Below, piece after piece: positions 32,377 through 44,830 of a stretch of DNA of 44,977 nt. Source of the DNA: Octopus bimaculoides (Eukaryota). Within the stretch, counting starts at the first letter, position 1, and each line of letters opens with the position of its first letter. Under the pieces are notes generated by a model. The model was not told the DNA's origin, did not search any database, and saw only the letters and a list, made by a program, of their open reading frames with translations. Location of the stretch: assembly GCF_001194135.2 (NCBI RefSeq), contig NC_068989.1, positions 43,788,410-43,833,386 of the forward strand, in the 5' to 3' direction. A program made the translations under genes and the position numbers.

Positions 32377-32452
32377 AATTAATTATAGTTTAAATGTTAT
32401 AGAAAAGATGAAACTTTCTGCTGAGTGGCATCTTCTGTCTAGTTACATACTC

Positions 32453-32838
32453 TTTTACTTTTTTACTTACTTCAGTCATTTGACTGTGGCCATGCTGGAA
32501 CACCACCTTCAAGAGTTTTAGTCGAACAAATCAACTCTAGGACTTATTCTTTGTAAGCCTAGTATTTATTCTTATCGATCTCTTTTGCTGAGCCACTAAG
32601 CTACAAGGCCATAATCCCACCAGCACCGGTTGTCAAGCAATGGTGGTGGGGGGGGGGTGAACACATACACACACATGCACAAATATATACATATATTTAC
32701 AATGGGCTTCTTTCAGTTTCCGTCTCCAAATCCACTCATAAGGCTGTGGTCAGCCCAAGGATACAGTAGAAGACACTTGCCCAAGGTGTGATGCAGTGGA
32801 ACTGAACCCACAACCATGTGGTTGGAAAGCAAGCTTCT
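32453..32838 (-). mobile_element. SINE family A, full-length
   Basis: ctcttttactttt tail through cttaccacacagccacgcc head. Confidence 0.88.
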
Positions 32839-33139
32839 TACCACACAGCCACGCCTATGACTGCATACATAGTTATTTCACTATACTCACTTTGCTAATA
32901 TCCCTGACAAAAGGATGCATATCACAATAATCTCATTTTCTATTCTCTTGTAAGCTTTGAAGCTTATCCCACATAAGGTAAATGCAGATCTCTTATTCCA
33001 TGTGTTATTGCAATTGCTGAACCATCAGACAATTTGTTGAAGGAGAAAGAACAACAAAGTCATTGGTTGTAGTTCAGTGATTTTTTTTGGATAAGTGCAA
33101 ATGTAAGCAAGCACACAGACAATGACATACAGACAGACA

Positions 33140-33177
<38 letters not shown>

Positions 33178-33419
33178 TGCATGCATGAGCACGTGTGTGT
33201 GCATGTGTGTGTGTGTGTGTGTGTATGAGTGTGTATGTTTGTATGTATATTTGTATATCATCATTGTCATTATCGTCATTATTGTTTTAAAATGTACTTA
33301 TAATATCTACTGTTTCTACCTACCATGTACACTCACAAAGCTTAAGTCAAACCTGGGGCTACAGCAGAAGGAACTGAACCTGGAACTATTTGGTTAGGAA
33401 CTGTTCTACTCAACCACAT

Positions 33420-33458
33420 AGCCATGCGTATGTCTATACACACACATACACACACATC

Positions 33459-33507
<49 letters not shown>

Positions 33508-33517
33508 ATCTGTATGC

Positions 33518-33564
<47 letters not shown>

Positions 33565-34142
33565 TTGAGAAGCACAGCGACAATCACAAATTCAAGAAGC
33601 TTCTCTTGCATAACATCAAAGAAATGCTAACGTCAGCTCAATACACATTAACACATAATTTCGAAGATGAGGTCAAGTAGACATAGAAAGCACGATTGCT
33701 ACACTAAACTGGAAATATAATTATCCTAAACACAAAGGACAAGAGAGAGCTCATTAGAAAATATGAGAGCAAGAGAATTTAATATATCAAACTTATTTTC
33801 AATTCTTCTGTTGTATCTTTAATCAATCATTTCAGAAACAAAGCTGCTACCCATACTGATCAACACATAGACATGCACATGCACACACATACACACACGC
33901 ACGCACACACACACACACATATATATATTTGTATCTCTATATATGTAAATGTATATTTTCATATACTTTTATATATACCAATATATACATATGTATTTAT
34001 GTATATATGCATATGNNNNNNNNNNNNNNNNNNNNNNNNNNNNNNNNNNNNNNNNNNNNNNNNNNNNNNNNNNNNNNNNNNNNNNNNNNNNNNNNNNNNN
34101 NNNNNNNNNNNNNNNNNNNNNNNNNNNNNNNNNNNNNNNNNN

Positions 34143-34194
<52 letters not shown>

Positions 34195-34250
34195 TGCACA
34201 TAGACTGACAGACATGCACATACACACACAGGCAGGCATGTATATATACA
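33420..34250. repeat. Compound microsatellites (CA, TCTA, TA) with an N gap
   Basis: Read directly; a short unique spacer lies between the tracts. Confidence 0.8.
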
Positions 34251-34262
34251 CAGTATAAGCTT

Positions 34263-34499
34263 TAAGGCGGTGAGCTGGCAGAAACGTTAGCACGCCGGGC
34301 GAAATGCTTAGCGGTATTTCATCTGCCATTACGTTCTGAGTTCAAATTCCACTGAGGTCGACTTTGTCTTTCATCCTTTTGGGGTCAATAAATTAAGTAT
34401 CAGTTACGCACTGGGGTCGATCTAATCGACTTAATCCTTTTGTCTGTCCTTGTTTGTCCCCTCTATGTTTAGCCCCTTGTGGGCAATAAAGAAATAAGT
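34263..34499 (+). mobile_element. SINE family C, young copy with an alternative 3' tail
   Basis: aaggcggtgagctggcagaaacgttagcacgccgggcg head with CpGs intact; gtcgactttgtctttcatcc core; tail gccccttgtgggcaataaagaaataag. Confidence 0.9.
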
Positions 34500-34554
34500 A
34501 TAAGCTTTAACATACAACTGTATTTTCTATAGACATTATATATAGTCTATAGAC

Positions 34555-34763
34555 CAAGGGTTGGCAAACCAGGGTAAATTACCCGAAGTGGGGTAAAAAT
34601 GAAATTCGTGTGGGTAATGAGGATTCATTAGACAAAAATATAATTATATAAAAAATTTGTTTCTTATTATCTATGATTTTCTACCATTCGAATCAAGTGG
34701 GGTAACGTTGGTGTAAATAAATATATTTAGGGGTAATTGGTTAAAAAATTTCCCTAACCCCTG
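34555..34763. mobile_element. hAT (Charlie/Buster-type) MITE, 209 bp
   Basis: Perfect 8-bp TSD CTATAGAC (34547-34554, 34764-34771) with central TA; termini caagggttgg / ctaacccctg. Confidence 0.88.
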
Positions 34764-34884
34764 CTATAGACATGTCTATTTCTTAGCATTAAAGTTCACC
34801 TGTGATGCTGTATAACAGGATTCCTAACCTAAGGTGGAGAGTGACTGCAACTTCACTGCAGGGGAAGCTTAAAAACGTTTCATA

Positions 34885-35115
34885 ACTCTTTTACTCTTTT
34901 ACTCTTTTATTTGTTTCAGTCATTTGACTGCGGCCATGCTGGAGCACCGCCTTTAGTCGAGCAAATCGACCCCAGGACTTATTCTTTGTAAGCATAGTAC
35001 TTATTCTATCGGTCTCTTTTGCTGACCTGCTAAGTTACGGGGACATAAACACACCAGCATCGATTGTCAAGCTATGCTGGTGGTGGTGGTGGTGGGGGGG
35101 GGTTGACAAATACAG

Positions 35116-35152
<37 letters not shown>

Positions 35153-35305
35153 CATATATACGACAGGCTTCTTTCAGTTTCCGTCTACCAAATCCACTCA
35201 CAAGGCTTTGGTCGGCCCGAGGCTATAGTAGAAGACACTTGCCCAAGGTGCAACACAGTAGGACTGAACCCAGAACCAGGTGGTTGGTAAGCAAGCTACT
35301 TACCA
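34885..35305 (-). mobile_element. SINE family A, full-length young copy
   Basis: CpGs retained (gactgcggcc...gcaccgcctttagtcgagcaaatcgacc); tail ctcttttactcttttactc. Confidence 0.92.
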
Positions 35306-35321
35306 CACAGCCACTCCTGTG

Positions 35322-35590
35322 CCCATCATCATCGTCATCATCATCATCGTCATTCTTTAGCAGCCATTTTCCATGCTGGCATAGGTTGAACAGTTTGAGT
35401 GAAGCTGGCAAACCAGAGAGCTGCATCAGGTTCCAGTCTGATTTGGCTTGGTTTCTATAGCTGGATGCCCTTCTTAATGCCAACCACTTTATAGTGTGTG
35501 CTGGGTGCTGGGTGCTTTTAATGTGCCACTAGCACAAGTGACTTCTATGTGGCACTGACACAAGTGCTTCTTACATGGCACCAGCACAGG
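35322..35590 (-). mobile_element. D-type element with (ATG)n tail and upstream repeats of about 26 bp
   Basis: gctggatgcccttcttaatgccaacc; repeated gtggcac-cacaagtg units at 35520-35590. Confidence 0.8.
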
Positions 35591-36934
35591 ACTCTTGCAG
35601 GCCAATTCTCATTACCAGAGATAAAGGTAAAATAAATACTTTATTAAAATTGCTTTAGAGAATAAAATTATTAACTAACTCCTAAAAAATATAGTAGAAT
35701 AGACTTGCCCAAGTTGGGAAGCAAGCTTCTTACCCACTCAACTGCATGTACACCTATTTCTGTGGTTTTTATATGTTAGTATATGTACTGTACTGTGTGT
35801 GAAATCAAGGAATAATGAGTTTAATTTTTTTCTTGCATGGCAGACTGAAGAGATGGAGGAAATCAATCACTTTAATAGAATCAGTTAAACAATATTTGAT
35901 CTGCCAGCTGTTTAAGTTACATATACGGTCAAAATCACAGACTATGCTGGAGTTGGTGACCAAAAAAGTGAAATTTCATATTTAGTGGACAGTGTCAAAC
36001 CCTACTCCTGGCCCTGCACAATTTACAACACTCAGTCCTTCATTCTCAGAACTTTGGTCCACTGGAATTCCCACCTTGCTTGTGTTCTTCCAGCAGATGT
36101 TGGCTAACAAAGATTCAAGAGAAATATTAGTGAAATCAATCTCACTCATCTAGGAGACCTGTTATGGCATTGCCCCTTCTTCCAGACTCAGCAAGGGGTA
36201 AAAAAAAAAAAGAAAAAGGGAAAATGATATAGCTGTATGGTTAAGAAGTTTGCTTTTACAACTCCATCAAGCTATCTCACTGTATAACCCCTTCTGTGAT
36301 AGCTTCAGTTTGACCAAATCCTTGTTCATGAAATTTTGTTGATGGATATGGTATATAGGATAGCTAAAGGGACCATCCCTCTTAGATCAGTCATGGGCAA
36401 ACTGTTGCCTGCAGGACTTTCTGAATGGTAAGCCTAATGCAAAATTACCACGAATTTTTTCAACTAGTATGGCCTACCTGATGCAGCCCAATTCTCCGAA
36501 ATAACTTCCCATGCCTCCCTTACATAGTAGACTGAATACATCATCTGGTTTAACACAATGACCTGGCCAGTGTGTGCCTTTCGTAGAGTCTGTTACAACG
36601 TTTAGGCCGGGTCTCCACATTGAGAATAACTTCCAATCTTCTTGCCTTCACTTTCTGAGATTCAAAAACAACGAATCATGGATGCTGCTTTGCTTCCTCA
36701 AAGATATGGATAGTAGTGAGTAGGTTGAATGATTGCATGGTCCTTCTGACATATTTCACAGCAGCTCTAGGCATTGGTGACAACAGAAAACAGTGCTCTA
36801 TTCAATTACCCTGAAATAGCTGAACACATTTAAGCATGCACATATATACTCATATGTAAAAACTGACATAAATACGGGGAAAGGTTTTTAAAAATACTAG
36901 AAGTTCTATAATTCATCCCTCATTATCTAGTGGA

Positions 36935-37180
36935 GTTACTTGGCCTTGTGGTTAGTATTTTGCATTCATGATCACAAGATTGTAGTTTCAGTTCTCGGAC
37001 TGGGCAACGCACTGTGTTCTTGAGCAAAACAGTTCATTTCACATTGCCTCAGTCTGCTCAGCTGTAAATGAGTAACTCTGTGATGGACTAGCATTTCCTT
37101 TAAGGGTAATGTTGTGATCTCAGTCACTTATATGCCAAGGAAACTGGGTAACCAACCCTATGAGTCCTAGGACTTGAGGT
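36935..37180 (+). mobile_element. SINE family B, variant iii, degenerate
   Basis: tggccttgtggttag head; ttcttgagcaaaac...cagctgtaaatgagt core; ccctatgagtc tail. Confidence 0.75.
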
Positions 37181-37314
37181 AGTAATATTCATGTTCTTAA
37201 CATTCATTGTATCCTGTCCTTAAGATAAAGTTACTCTACTGGCATTTGATCTCAAGATCTAAAATATAGGATCTTCCTTTAATGTTGCTTTTATATCTTC
37301 TTAGCCAGGAGACA

Positions 37315-37855
37315 AAGCAGTGCCCATGACTCTTCACAGGGTTCTAAAAGAGGAAGAATGGCAGGAAGAAGGTATCCTCAAAGTGGAGACCCAACCCAAA
37401 TACTTACAACAGAATGGATTCTGATGAGAGACAGACACCTGTTCCTGTCTCTCAGTCTTACTATAACCTTTCATCATCTGATACAAGATCACCTCCTCCA
37501 ATTCCCCCTCCCCTCTCATAGGATCTTTGTCTTTCAAGTTACTTGGTGACCCTGTCAGTGCTGTTGTCACATAAAAAAACATCCAGTCCACACTGTAAAG
37601 TGTTTGGTGCTTGGAAGGGCATCCAGTTGTAAAAACCATGCCAAAACTGACCTCAGCTGTGCTTGTGCCACATAAAAGCATTCAGTCCACTTTGTTGGGT
37701 GGTTGATGTTAGGATGGGCATCCAGCTGTAAAGAATCTTGCCGAAACAGACACAGAAGTCTGTTGCAGTCTTCCACTTGGCCAGCTCCTGTCAACCCACC
37801 CAACCCATGCCAGTATGGAAGGTGGATGTTAAACAATGATGATGATGATGATCCA
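37315..37855 (+). mobile_element. D-type element with an internally duplicated module and (ATG)n tail
   Basis: gtcacataaaaa...ggaagggcatccagttgtaaa (37566-37635), then gccacataaaag...ggatgggcatccagctgtaaa (37667-37732). Confidence 0.82.
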
Positions 37856-38244
37856 AGGTGCCAAATGGTGGAGTTGAATTGGTAGATTAAGTCTATCACC
37901 CAAGTAAACCAAGGTGAGATTCAAACTCAAAATGAGAAGAGTTGGAATAAATATTGCAAAGGTATCTAGTCTGATGTTCTTATAGTATCACCAATCCACT
38001 GCCTTAGATCAGCACCTCTTTACTGGCAGAGCAAAATTGATATCAGTGGGATTTGAGCTCAGAATGTTGAGTATCAGAACAAACATCCTGAGGTATACAT
38101 TTACTGTTTATCCAGTTTCAGTCACAGGGTATCAAGTTGACTGGAGGTAATAAAATATGACATTTGCCCAAGCTGCCATACACTGGAATTGAGACTATGA
38201 CCTCATGGTTTAGAGGCCAACTTCTTAGCCATTCAGCCATACTG

Positions 38245-38345
38245 CACTTACTAATACTACTGCTGCTGCTGCTGCTGCGGCGGTGGCTGCTGCTGCTGCT
38301 ACAACTACTACTACTACTACTGCTACTACTACGACTACTACAACA
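38245..38345. repeat. (CTA)n/(CTG)n microsatellite
   Basis: Read directly. Confidence 0.9.
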
Positions 38346-38689
38346 TAAGAATATTTAAACAGCAAAAAGATCAAGAATATAAAAAAAGAAAACAAAAATA
38401 AGGATCAAAAGTTGAAAAATGTCTTTATCTAGGTAAATGACATGTAAGGTATTAGATATATTGTTATATAAATTGATTTCTAAAAAATAAAGAACAAACC
38501 AATCATTGCATTTGTGTTCAATAGATTTAAAATTTGAGTTTTCGGTGTTCAGAAGTCAGAAATGGAATATTAAAAGTGTGAAGTGGGAAAACTGTGCTAA
38601 AAATCTCTTCATATATGTATATAAATATATGAGTAAACTTAGTGGTGTGTGCATGTGTGTTTGTATGAATATAAGTATGTGTATACGTT

Positions 38690-38914
38690 TATGGTGTGTG
38701 TGTGTGTGTACATTTATGGTGTATGTGTAGATATATGGGTGAAAGTGAAGTGTATTCATTGTATTTAAAGAGTTTATGTTTTTATGTGTCTTGGTTATAG
38801 CAACCTTTTGGTAATCATCACACTGATTAATTAGTTAATATATAAACAAATACAGACATGGGTTTCGGAATGAGAATGTGTCTGCATTTGTATCTATGCA
38901 CACAAACACATATG

Positions 38915-38959
<45 letters not shown>

Positions 38960-38997
38960 TATATATATACATATATATATATATATGTGTGTGTATA

Positions 38998-39042
<45 letters not shown>

Positions 39043-39400
39043 NNNNNNNNNNNNNNNNNNNNNNNNNNNNNNNNNNNNNNNNNNNNNNNNNNNNNNNNNN
39101 NNNNNNNNNNNNNNNNNNNNNNNNNNNNNNNNNNNNNNNNNNNNNNNNNNNNNNNNNNNNNNNNNNNNNNNNNNNNNNNNNNNNNNNNNNNNNNNNNNNN
39201 NNNNNNNNNNNNNNNNNNNNNNNNNNNNNNNNNNNNNNNNNNNNNNNNNNNNNNNNNNNNNNNNNNNNNNNNNNNNNNNNNNNNNNNNNNNNNNNNNNNN
39301 NNNNNNNNNNNNNNNNNNNNNNNNNNNNNNNNNNNNNNNNNNNNNNNNNNNNNNNNNNNNNNNNNNNNNNNNNNNNNNNNNNNNNNNNTATATATGCATA
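38690..39400. repeat. (TA)n/(TG)n compound microsatellite with an N gap
   Basis: Read directly. Confidence 0.85.
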
Positions 39401-40231
39401 TACTATATTTGATGGCCTATAAGATGCACCCTAGCCCAGGCTATACTTTTGTAAAATAATTTACCACTAAAATGATGTTTTAATTCCTCCACTTACCTAT
39501 ATAACCTTATGTTATTACCGGTAATTATAAGCAATTTATTGCATCCACATTCGATATAAACATACCATAGGTGATTGTTCACTAATAGAGTTAGGCTAGG
39601 CTACTAGGCTACATCTATGTGACCTCTGATGTATAATTTTGGCCAGGAGTTGTGAGTTTTGAGCCTATATTGAGTGCATTGGACGCAGGGTAATTTTTAA
39701 AGCCATTTTGGGGGTAAAAAAGTTGCATGTTATAGGCCATCAAATACGGTATATGCATATATATAATGTGTGTGTGTGAAATGATTGTGCAAGCATACAC
39801 ATATGAGCATATTGCAGTGTAAGAGTTGTATATTTAAATATATTTTAAATATCTGATATAGAACTCAATTCTCTGGATAGATTGGATAGATATATTTATT
39901 GTCCTAAATGTTGACAGGCTTCTCAGAGATCTGCCCCAGGCAAAACAGCCCAGGCTTGGTCGAAAGTCAGAGAAGACAATCAAATTTTGATACAACATTA
40001 CACACACATATCCACACACACACACACACACACACACATACATGTATACATATATATATACACATATATGTGAGTAAAAGTGAGTATGCTGCAGTATAAT
40101 AATGTCACTAAGATTTTTGTCTCACTAGTTTTACTAAGAGTATTTTAGTTCAGTTAGTCATTAGTATTTTATTAAAGATGGTGTTTATTATTATCAAAGA
40201 AAATGTGTCAGAAAAGATCATTAACAATAAA

Positions 40232-40455
40232 TAATACATTGGTTTCAAATTTTGGCACAAGGCCAGCAATTTGGTGTGCAGAGTAAGTCAATTACATTGA
40301 TCCCAGTGTTCAACTGGTACTTATTTTATCAGTCCTGAAAGGATGAAAGGTAAAGGTGACCTTGGCAGAATTTGAACTTGAAACATAAAGACAGGCAAAA
40401 TGCCGCTTAAGCATTTAGCCTGACATACTAATGATTTTGCCAGCTCATTCCTTTA
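40232..40455 (-). mobile_element. SINE family C, full-length
   Basis: ggtttcaaattttggcacaaggccagc tail through gccagctcattcctt head. Confidence 0.87.
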
Positions 40456-40577
40456 GGAATAATATATTAAGAAATAGCAATTAATAAGAAAATTTAATTG
40501 TGTACTAATGAGTAGAATATTTCTAGGAATATGTTAAATGCTGTTATATGCTATTGGAAATAATGAATTAAGTCTTA

Positions 40578-41050
40578 TCTTTTATCTTTTACTTGTTTCA
40601 GTCATTAGACTGTGACCATGCTGGGGCACCAGCTTGAAGGGTTTTAGGTGAACAAATTGACCCTAGTACTTATTCTTTTCTTAAGCCTGGTATTTAATCT
40701 ATTGATCTCTTTTGCCAAACTGTTGAGTTACAGGAGTATAAACAGACCAACATCACTTATCAAGACAGACAAACACAAACACAAAGGCCCATACATACCT
40801 ACCTACCTACCTACCTACCTACCGACCTACTGACCTACCTACCTACCTACCTACCTACCTACCTACCTATATACATACAAACATACATACATACATATAT
40901 ATATATGATGAGCTTCTTTCACTTTCCATCCACCAAATCTGCTCACAAGACTTTGGTTGGCCCAGGGCTAAAGTAGAAAACACTTGTCCAAAGTGCCACA
41001 CAAAGTGCCAAGGCTGCATGGTTGGGTAACAAGTTCCTTTACTACTCAGT
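40578..41050 (-). mobile_element. SINE family A with an internal (CCTA)n expansion at 40795-40868
   Basis: A right module, microsatellite, then A left module. Confidence 0.82.
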
Positions 41051-41106
41051 CATACTTGTACCTATATATTATACCTTTACAAGATGGAAAACAAAAAGTT
41101 GCCAGC

Positions 41107-41178
41107 AGGTGGTTATAGGACTCGAACCCATACCCCTCAGATACTGGCTGAGTGCTCTAACCATTAAACTAAACAACC
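41107..41178 (-). ncRNA. tRNA-like cloverleaf (head of SINE family F), followed by T5 at 41093-41097
   Basis: Acceptor GGTTGTT/AACCACC (6 of 7 paired), anticodon stem CTCAG/CTGAG with loop CCAGTAT, T stem ATGGG/CCTAT with TTCGAGT loop; C at position 33. Confidence 0.6.
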
Positions 41179-41649
41179 CCCAAGAACAATTGGTATTTGT
41201 TTATATTTATTTTGTTATTGATATCTACAGTAAACATTTGTATGCTAGCATATAAGCTCCATTTTGAATTCTTTGCTTCTTCTCCACCTCCCATCCCCCC
41301 TACCCCACACCCCCATTTTCTATCAATATTTTGACTAATGTTTTGTTGTATTAAATAACCTCTAAGTTGTCTGTGAATTCTCATACTTTCAGTTCATTTT
41401 GTTTCTTGCTAATCTTACCTTCCCTTTTATATCGACTCACTAAATTATTGATATTTCTCTTTTTGGCGTAGCCCATCCAGTTGACTTATTATAGTGTGTG
41501 GTACAGAATATCTTTAAAAGATACAGCGATTACATCAATTGTTATATAATACACAAGAACCAGTCAATGACCTCCATTTCAAAAGTTCTTTCAGATAGAA
41601 TCAATCACTACGTAGTAACCTTTCAGATGTTTACTCTTAGAACACAGCT

Positions 41650-42052
41650 ATAAAACATGTAACATAACTGCCTGCACCTGTTTAGCATTGTTAATAAACT
41701 ACATGTTTACCAGAGTCTATTAACTACATGTTTACCACAGTTCATAAAATACATGTTTACCTCAGTACATAAAGTACATGTTTATCACAGTTCATAAACC
41801 ATGTGTTTAGCACTGTTCATAAACTACATGCTCAGTACAGTTTATAAACTACGTTTACTATAGTATATAAGGTGCATGTTAAACACTGCTTATAAACTGT
41901 TTAACACAACATATAAACTATATGTTCAGCACAGTTCATAAACTATGCTTACTACAGATTGTTAACAACATGTTTATCATAATTTATAAACTCCATGTTT
42001 GGTACAGTTTATAAATTCCATGTTCATTACGGTTTATAAACTACATGTTGGA
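41650..42052. repeat. Minisatellite of about 25 bp (ataaactacatgtttaccacagttc), about 15 copies
   Basis: Recurrent aaactacatgttt...cagttcat units. Confidence 0.85.
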
Positions 42053-42461
42053 TTATTATACTTCATATTTCTAGAACTATAGTGGGCATTAGAATTTCAG
42101 TCAGTTTTGCCAGGAACAGCAAGCTGCCAGAGTTTCTCTCTATGGACCACATGAAACCAGTCCTAGACTCTAAGTCTGAAGGAAAAAAATGTACCAGCAA
42201 AAAAGTCTTACATGTTTTGTTTACTTTTCACATACCTGAGTTACCATGATAAGTTCCAGGTGGAAGCAAGAAGTGTAAAGTTACCTACTTAACTAATTAC
42301 TACTAGTAATACTATATGTAAACCGTGTGTTGTTTTGAAGCAATGCAATTTGACTTTGAAATCAAGAATTTTCATGATATTTCTAATCATCTTATCCATA
42401 AACTTAATTTTGATAAATATTTAAGTTTGTTAATATTTCTGTTATAGATTACATTTATGTA

Positions 42462-42795
42462 AAGACCCCCATCACTCACAAAAGACCATGGGATTGCACC
42501 TAGAAAGTTCTCCTCTGAGGCACAGATATGAGCAAGGTTGTTTGTGGAAGACCAACAATCGCCCATACATACCAACCTCCCCTTTCCATGTCACCAATGT
42601 TGTCCAAGGGAAGGGCAAAGGCCAATACAGTTTGTCACCTGTGACCTCACAACTCATTCCTACAGCTGAGTGAACTGAAGCAACTTGAAATAAAGTGTCT
42701 TGCTCAAGAGCACAACACACAGCCTGGTCCAGGAATCAAACTCACAGCCTCACAATTGTAAGCCCAATGCCCTAACCACTGAGCCATGTACCTTC
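42462..42795 (-). mobile_element. SINE family B, 3' variant iv
   Basis: actcattcctacagctgagtgaactgaagcaac...gtgtcttgctcaagagcac core and ccctaaccactgagcc head, with a distinct 3' segment. Confidence 0.8.
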
Positions 42796-42899
42796 TAACA
42801 TTTACGTATTCTCTAATTAAATCAATGAAGTACTATCCTACTAAATGAATGTTGTATCAATTATATTCCCTTAACAATATACTCGTACCTGGCAAATAT

Positions 42900-43338
42900 A
42901 TAGGCAGTACTGTCATAAAACATGGATACACAAGGCAGCTGCCAGGAGATTCCATGTCTTAGGGGGTCCAGTACTAATCTATGTATAGTGTAGCTGTGCA
43001 TGTCATGGCTCCAGTGCATTGCTTTGCTCAGAGGAATGTTTGTAACAGTCATGAGAAAACAGCAGCCACCTTCCTCAGCACTACTTCCTCTCAGTTGAGG
43101 GGACCTTGTCATGTAAGTTGTTTGGTCACCCCACTGCTGCTGGTGCCACATAAAAAGCACTTGGTACACTTTGTAAACTTGGTTGGTGTTAGGAAGGGCA
43201 TTCACAGCTGAAGAAACCATTCCAAGCAGACAGTCAAGCATGGTGCAGTCTTCTGACTTGCTAGTTCCAGTCAAACAGTCCAACCCATGCCAGCATGGAC
43301 AATGGACGTTGAATGATGATGATGATGATGATGATGAT

Positions 43339-43373
<35 letters not shown>

Positions 43374-43411
43374 TGATGACGATGACGATGACGATGACGA
43401 TGATGATGACT
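42900..43411 (+). mobile_element. D-type element with an expanded (GAT/GAC)n tail (43314-43411)
   Basis: ggtgccacataaaaagcac...ttaggaagggcattc...aacccatgccagcatgg...ggacgttgaatgatgat. Confidence 0.8.
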
Positions 43412-44704
43412 ACTGAAAAAATAGTCTTTTCCATCAATTTAACTAGGAAGAAGATGTTCATATATTCTCTGATTATTTCTTAGTAAATTAGAGACAATTG
43501 TTCCATTGATGTTATAAGCTGAGAAAACAGAAAGATAGATATTGGGAAATTTAATTTTTTTTCTCATGTCTATATAATTTTGCTATTAAATTTATTGAAG
43601 TTTTAAGAATATTTCACACCTTTTAGACAATGAAGAATTTTCATTAAATGATTTACTTTATCCAAAGTTATTTTTTCTTCTGTTTTTTTGGGGGGGCGGG
43701 GGAGCATTCTGAAATTAAAACAAAAGCAACTAAAAATCACAAGGTGACCTTACTGCTCATGTATTATCTAATAATAATTCTATTATCTGAAGAATTTAGA
43801 AAGTAAATTTTTATTCACACCTTAACAAGAAGCATATAAAAAATATCCAATTTAGTCTTGGAAATAGAACTCAGAAATAGTAACAGTATTCTAACACTAG
43901 TTCTTCAAATCAGAAACATTCTTCACAATTGTATCATTTTCTTTAGTTCACTTCTCATATATCGTTTAATACATTTTTGAAATGAGATGAAATTATTTTA
44001 TGTCTTGTCTAGAAATTAAATATTTTAAAGCTCAAATCACTATTATAATTAATTATTAATAATTATAAATAATTCTTATAATTGCAAGTATCTCTTAAGA
44101 ACTTATTAAAAATTCAATATTGCAAACTTGTTAAATTGTGATGCTTGAATATGAATTATTAGATCAGAGACTGAATTACTCGATTGGAAATAAAGAGTTG
44201 TCCCCAAGCGACACACAAAATGGATATGGCAGGATCTAAACATGATTTTTAAGTTGGTGTATTGGCACATTAAGCAGTCTGCTACTATATCTGCTTGTTT
44301 TGAGCAACAGGAATAGTTTATGTTATGGAATAATGCATCATCATCATAATTTGCTCTATGTGGTTTACACACATACTCACACACACATATATATATACAT
44401 AAATATGCACACGTGTACACACATACATATACATATATATATATACATATATGTATGCATATACATGTGTATGTATATATAATTATATATAAATATAATA
44501 TATAATATATATGCTTATATATAGATGAATTTATGGATGTATGCGTGTATTTATGTTGAGCCACGTCCCTCAGAACTACATCTCTATTCAATCAAGTAGT
44601 TTTGTCTTATGAGGGGTTTGATAGCCTCACTAGTACTAGGGTCATCAAAAAAAGCCTGTACTCTCTGTAAAGTGAATGGCTTAAGAAAGGGCTTTAGAAA
44701 CTAT

Positions 44705-44830
44705 GTCGAAGCATAAATGGAGCTTGACATAGTCCTCTGGCTTGGAAGATCTTGCTGAACAGTCCAACAGATGATAGCATGGAAGACAGACATGAAAAGG
44801 TGATAATGACGATGATGATGATGATGATTA
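44705..44830 (+). mobile_element. Degenerate D-type 3' end with (ATG)n tail
   Basis: aacagtccaacagatgatagcatggaagacagacat...gatgatgatg. Confidence 0.6.

Noticed and set aside
33025-34329. HTHT, CVCV and YIYI ORFs (also near 2755, 9028, 38858 and 44106)
   Set aside because: Dinucleotide-repeat translations.
37421-37460. CTGATGA followed by a GAGACAG/CTGTCTC hairpin
   Set aside because: No GAAA after the stem, and homologous D-element segments lack the motif; not a hammerhead.
25015-42052. Minisatellites considered as CRISPR arrays
   Set aside because: No unique spacers, degenerate contiguous units, eukaryotic context and no cas genes.
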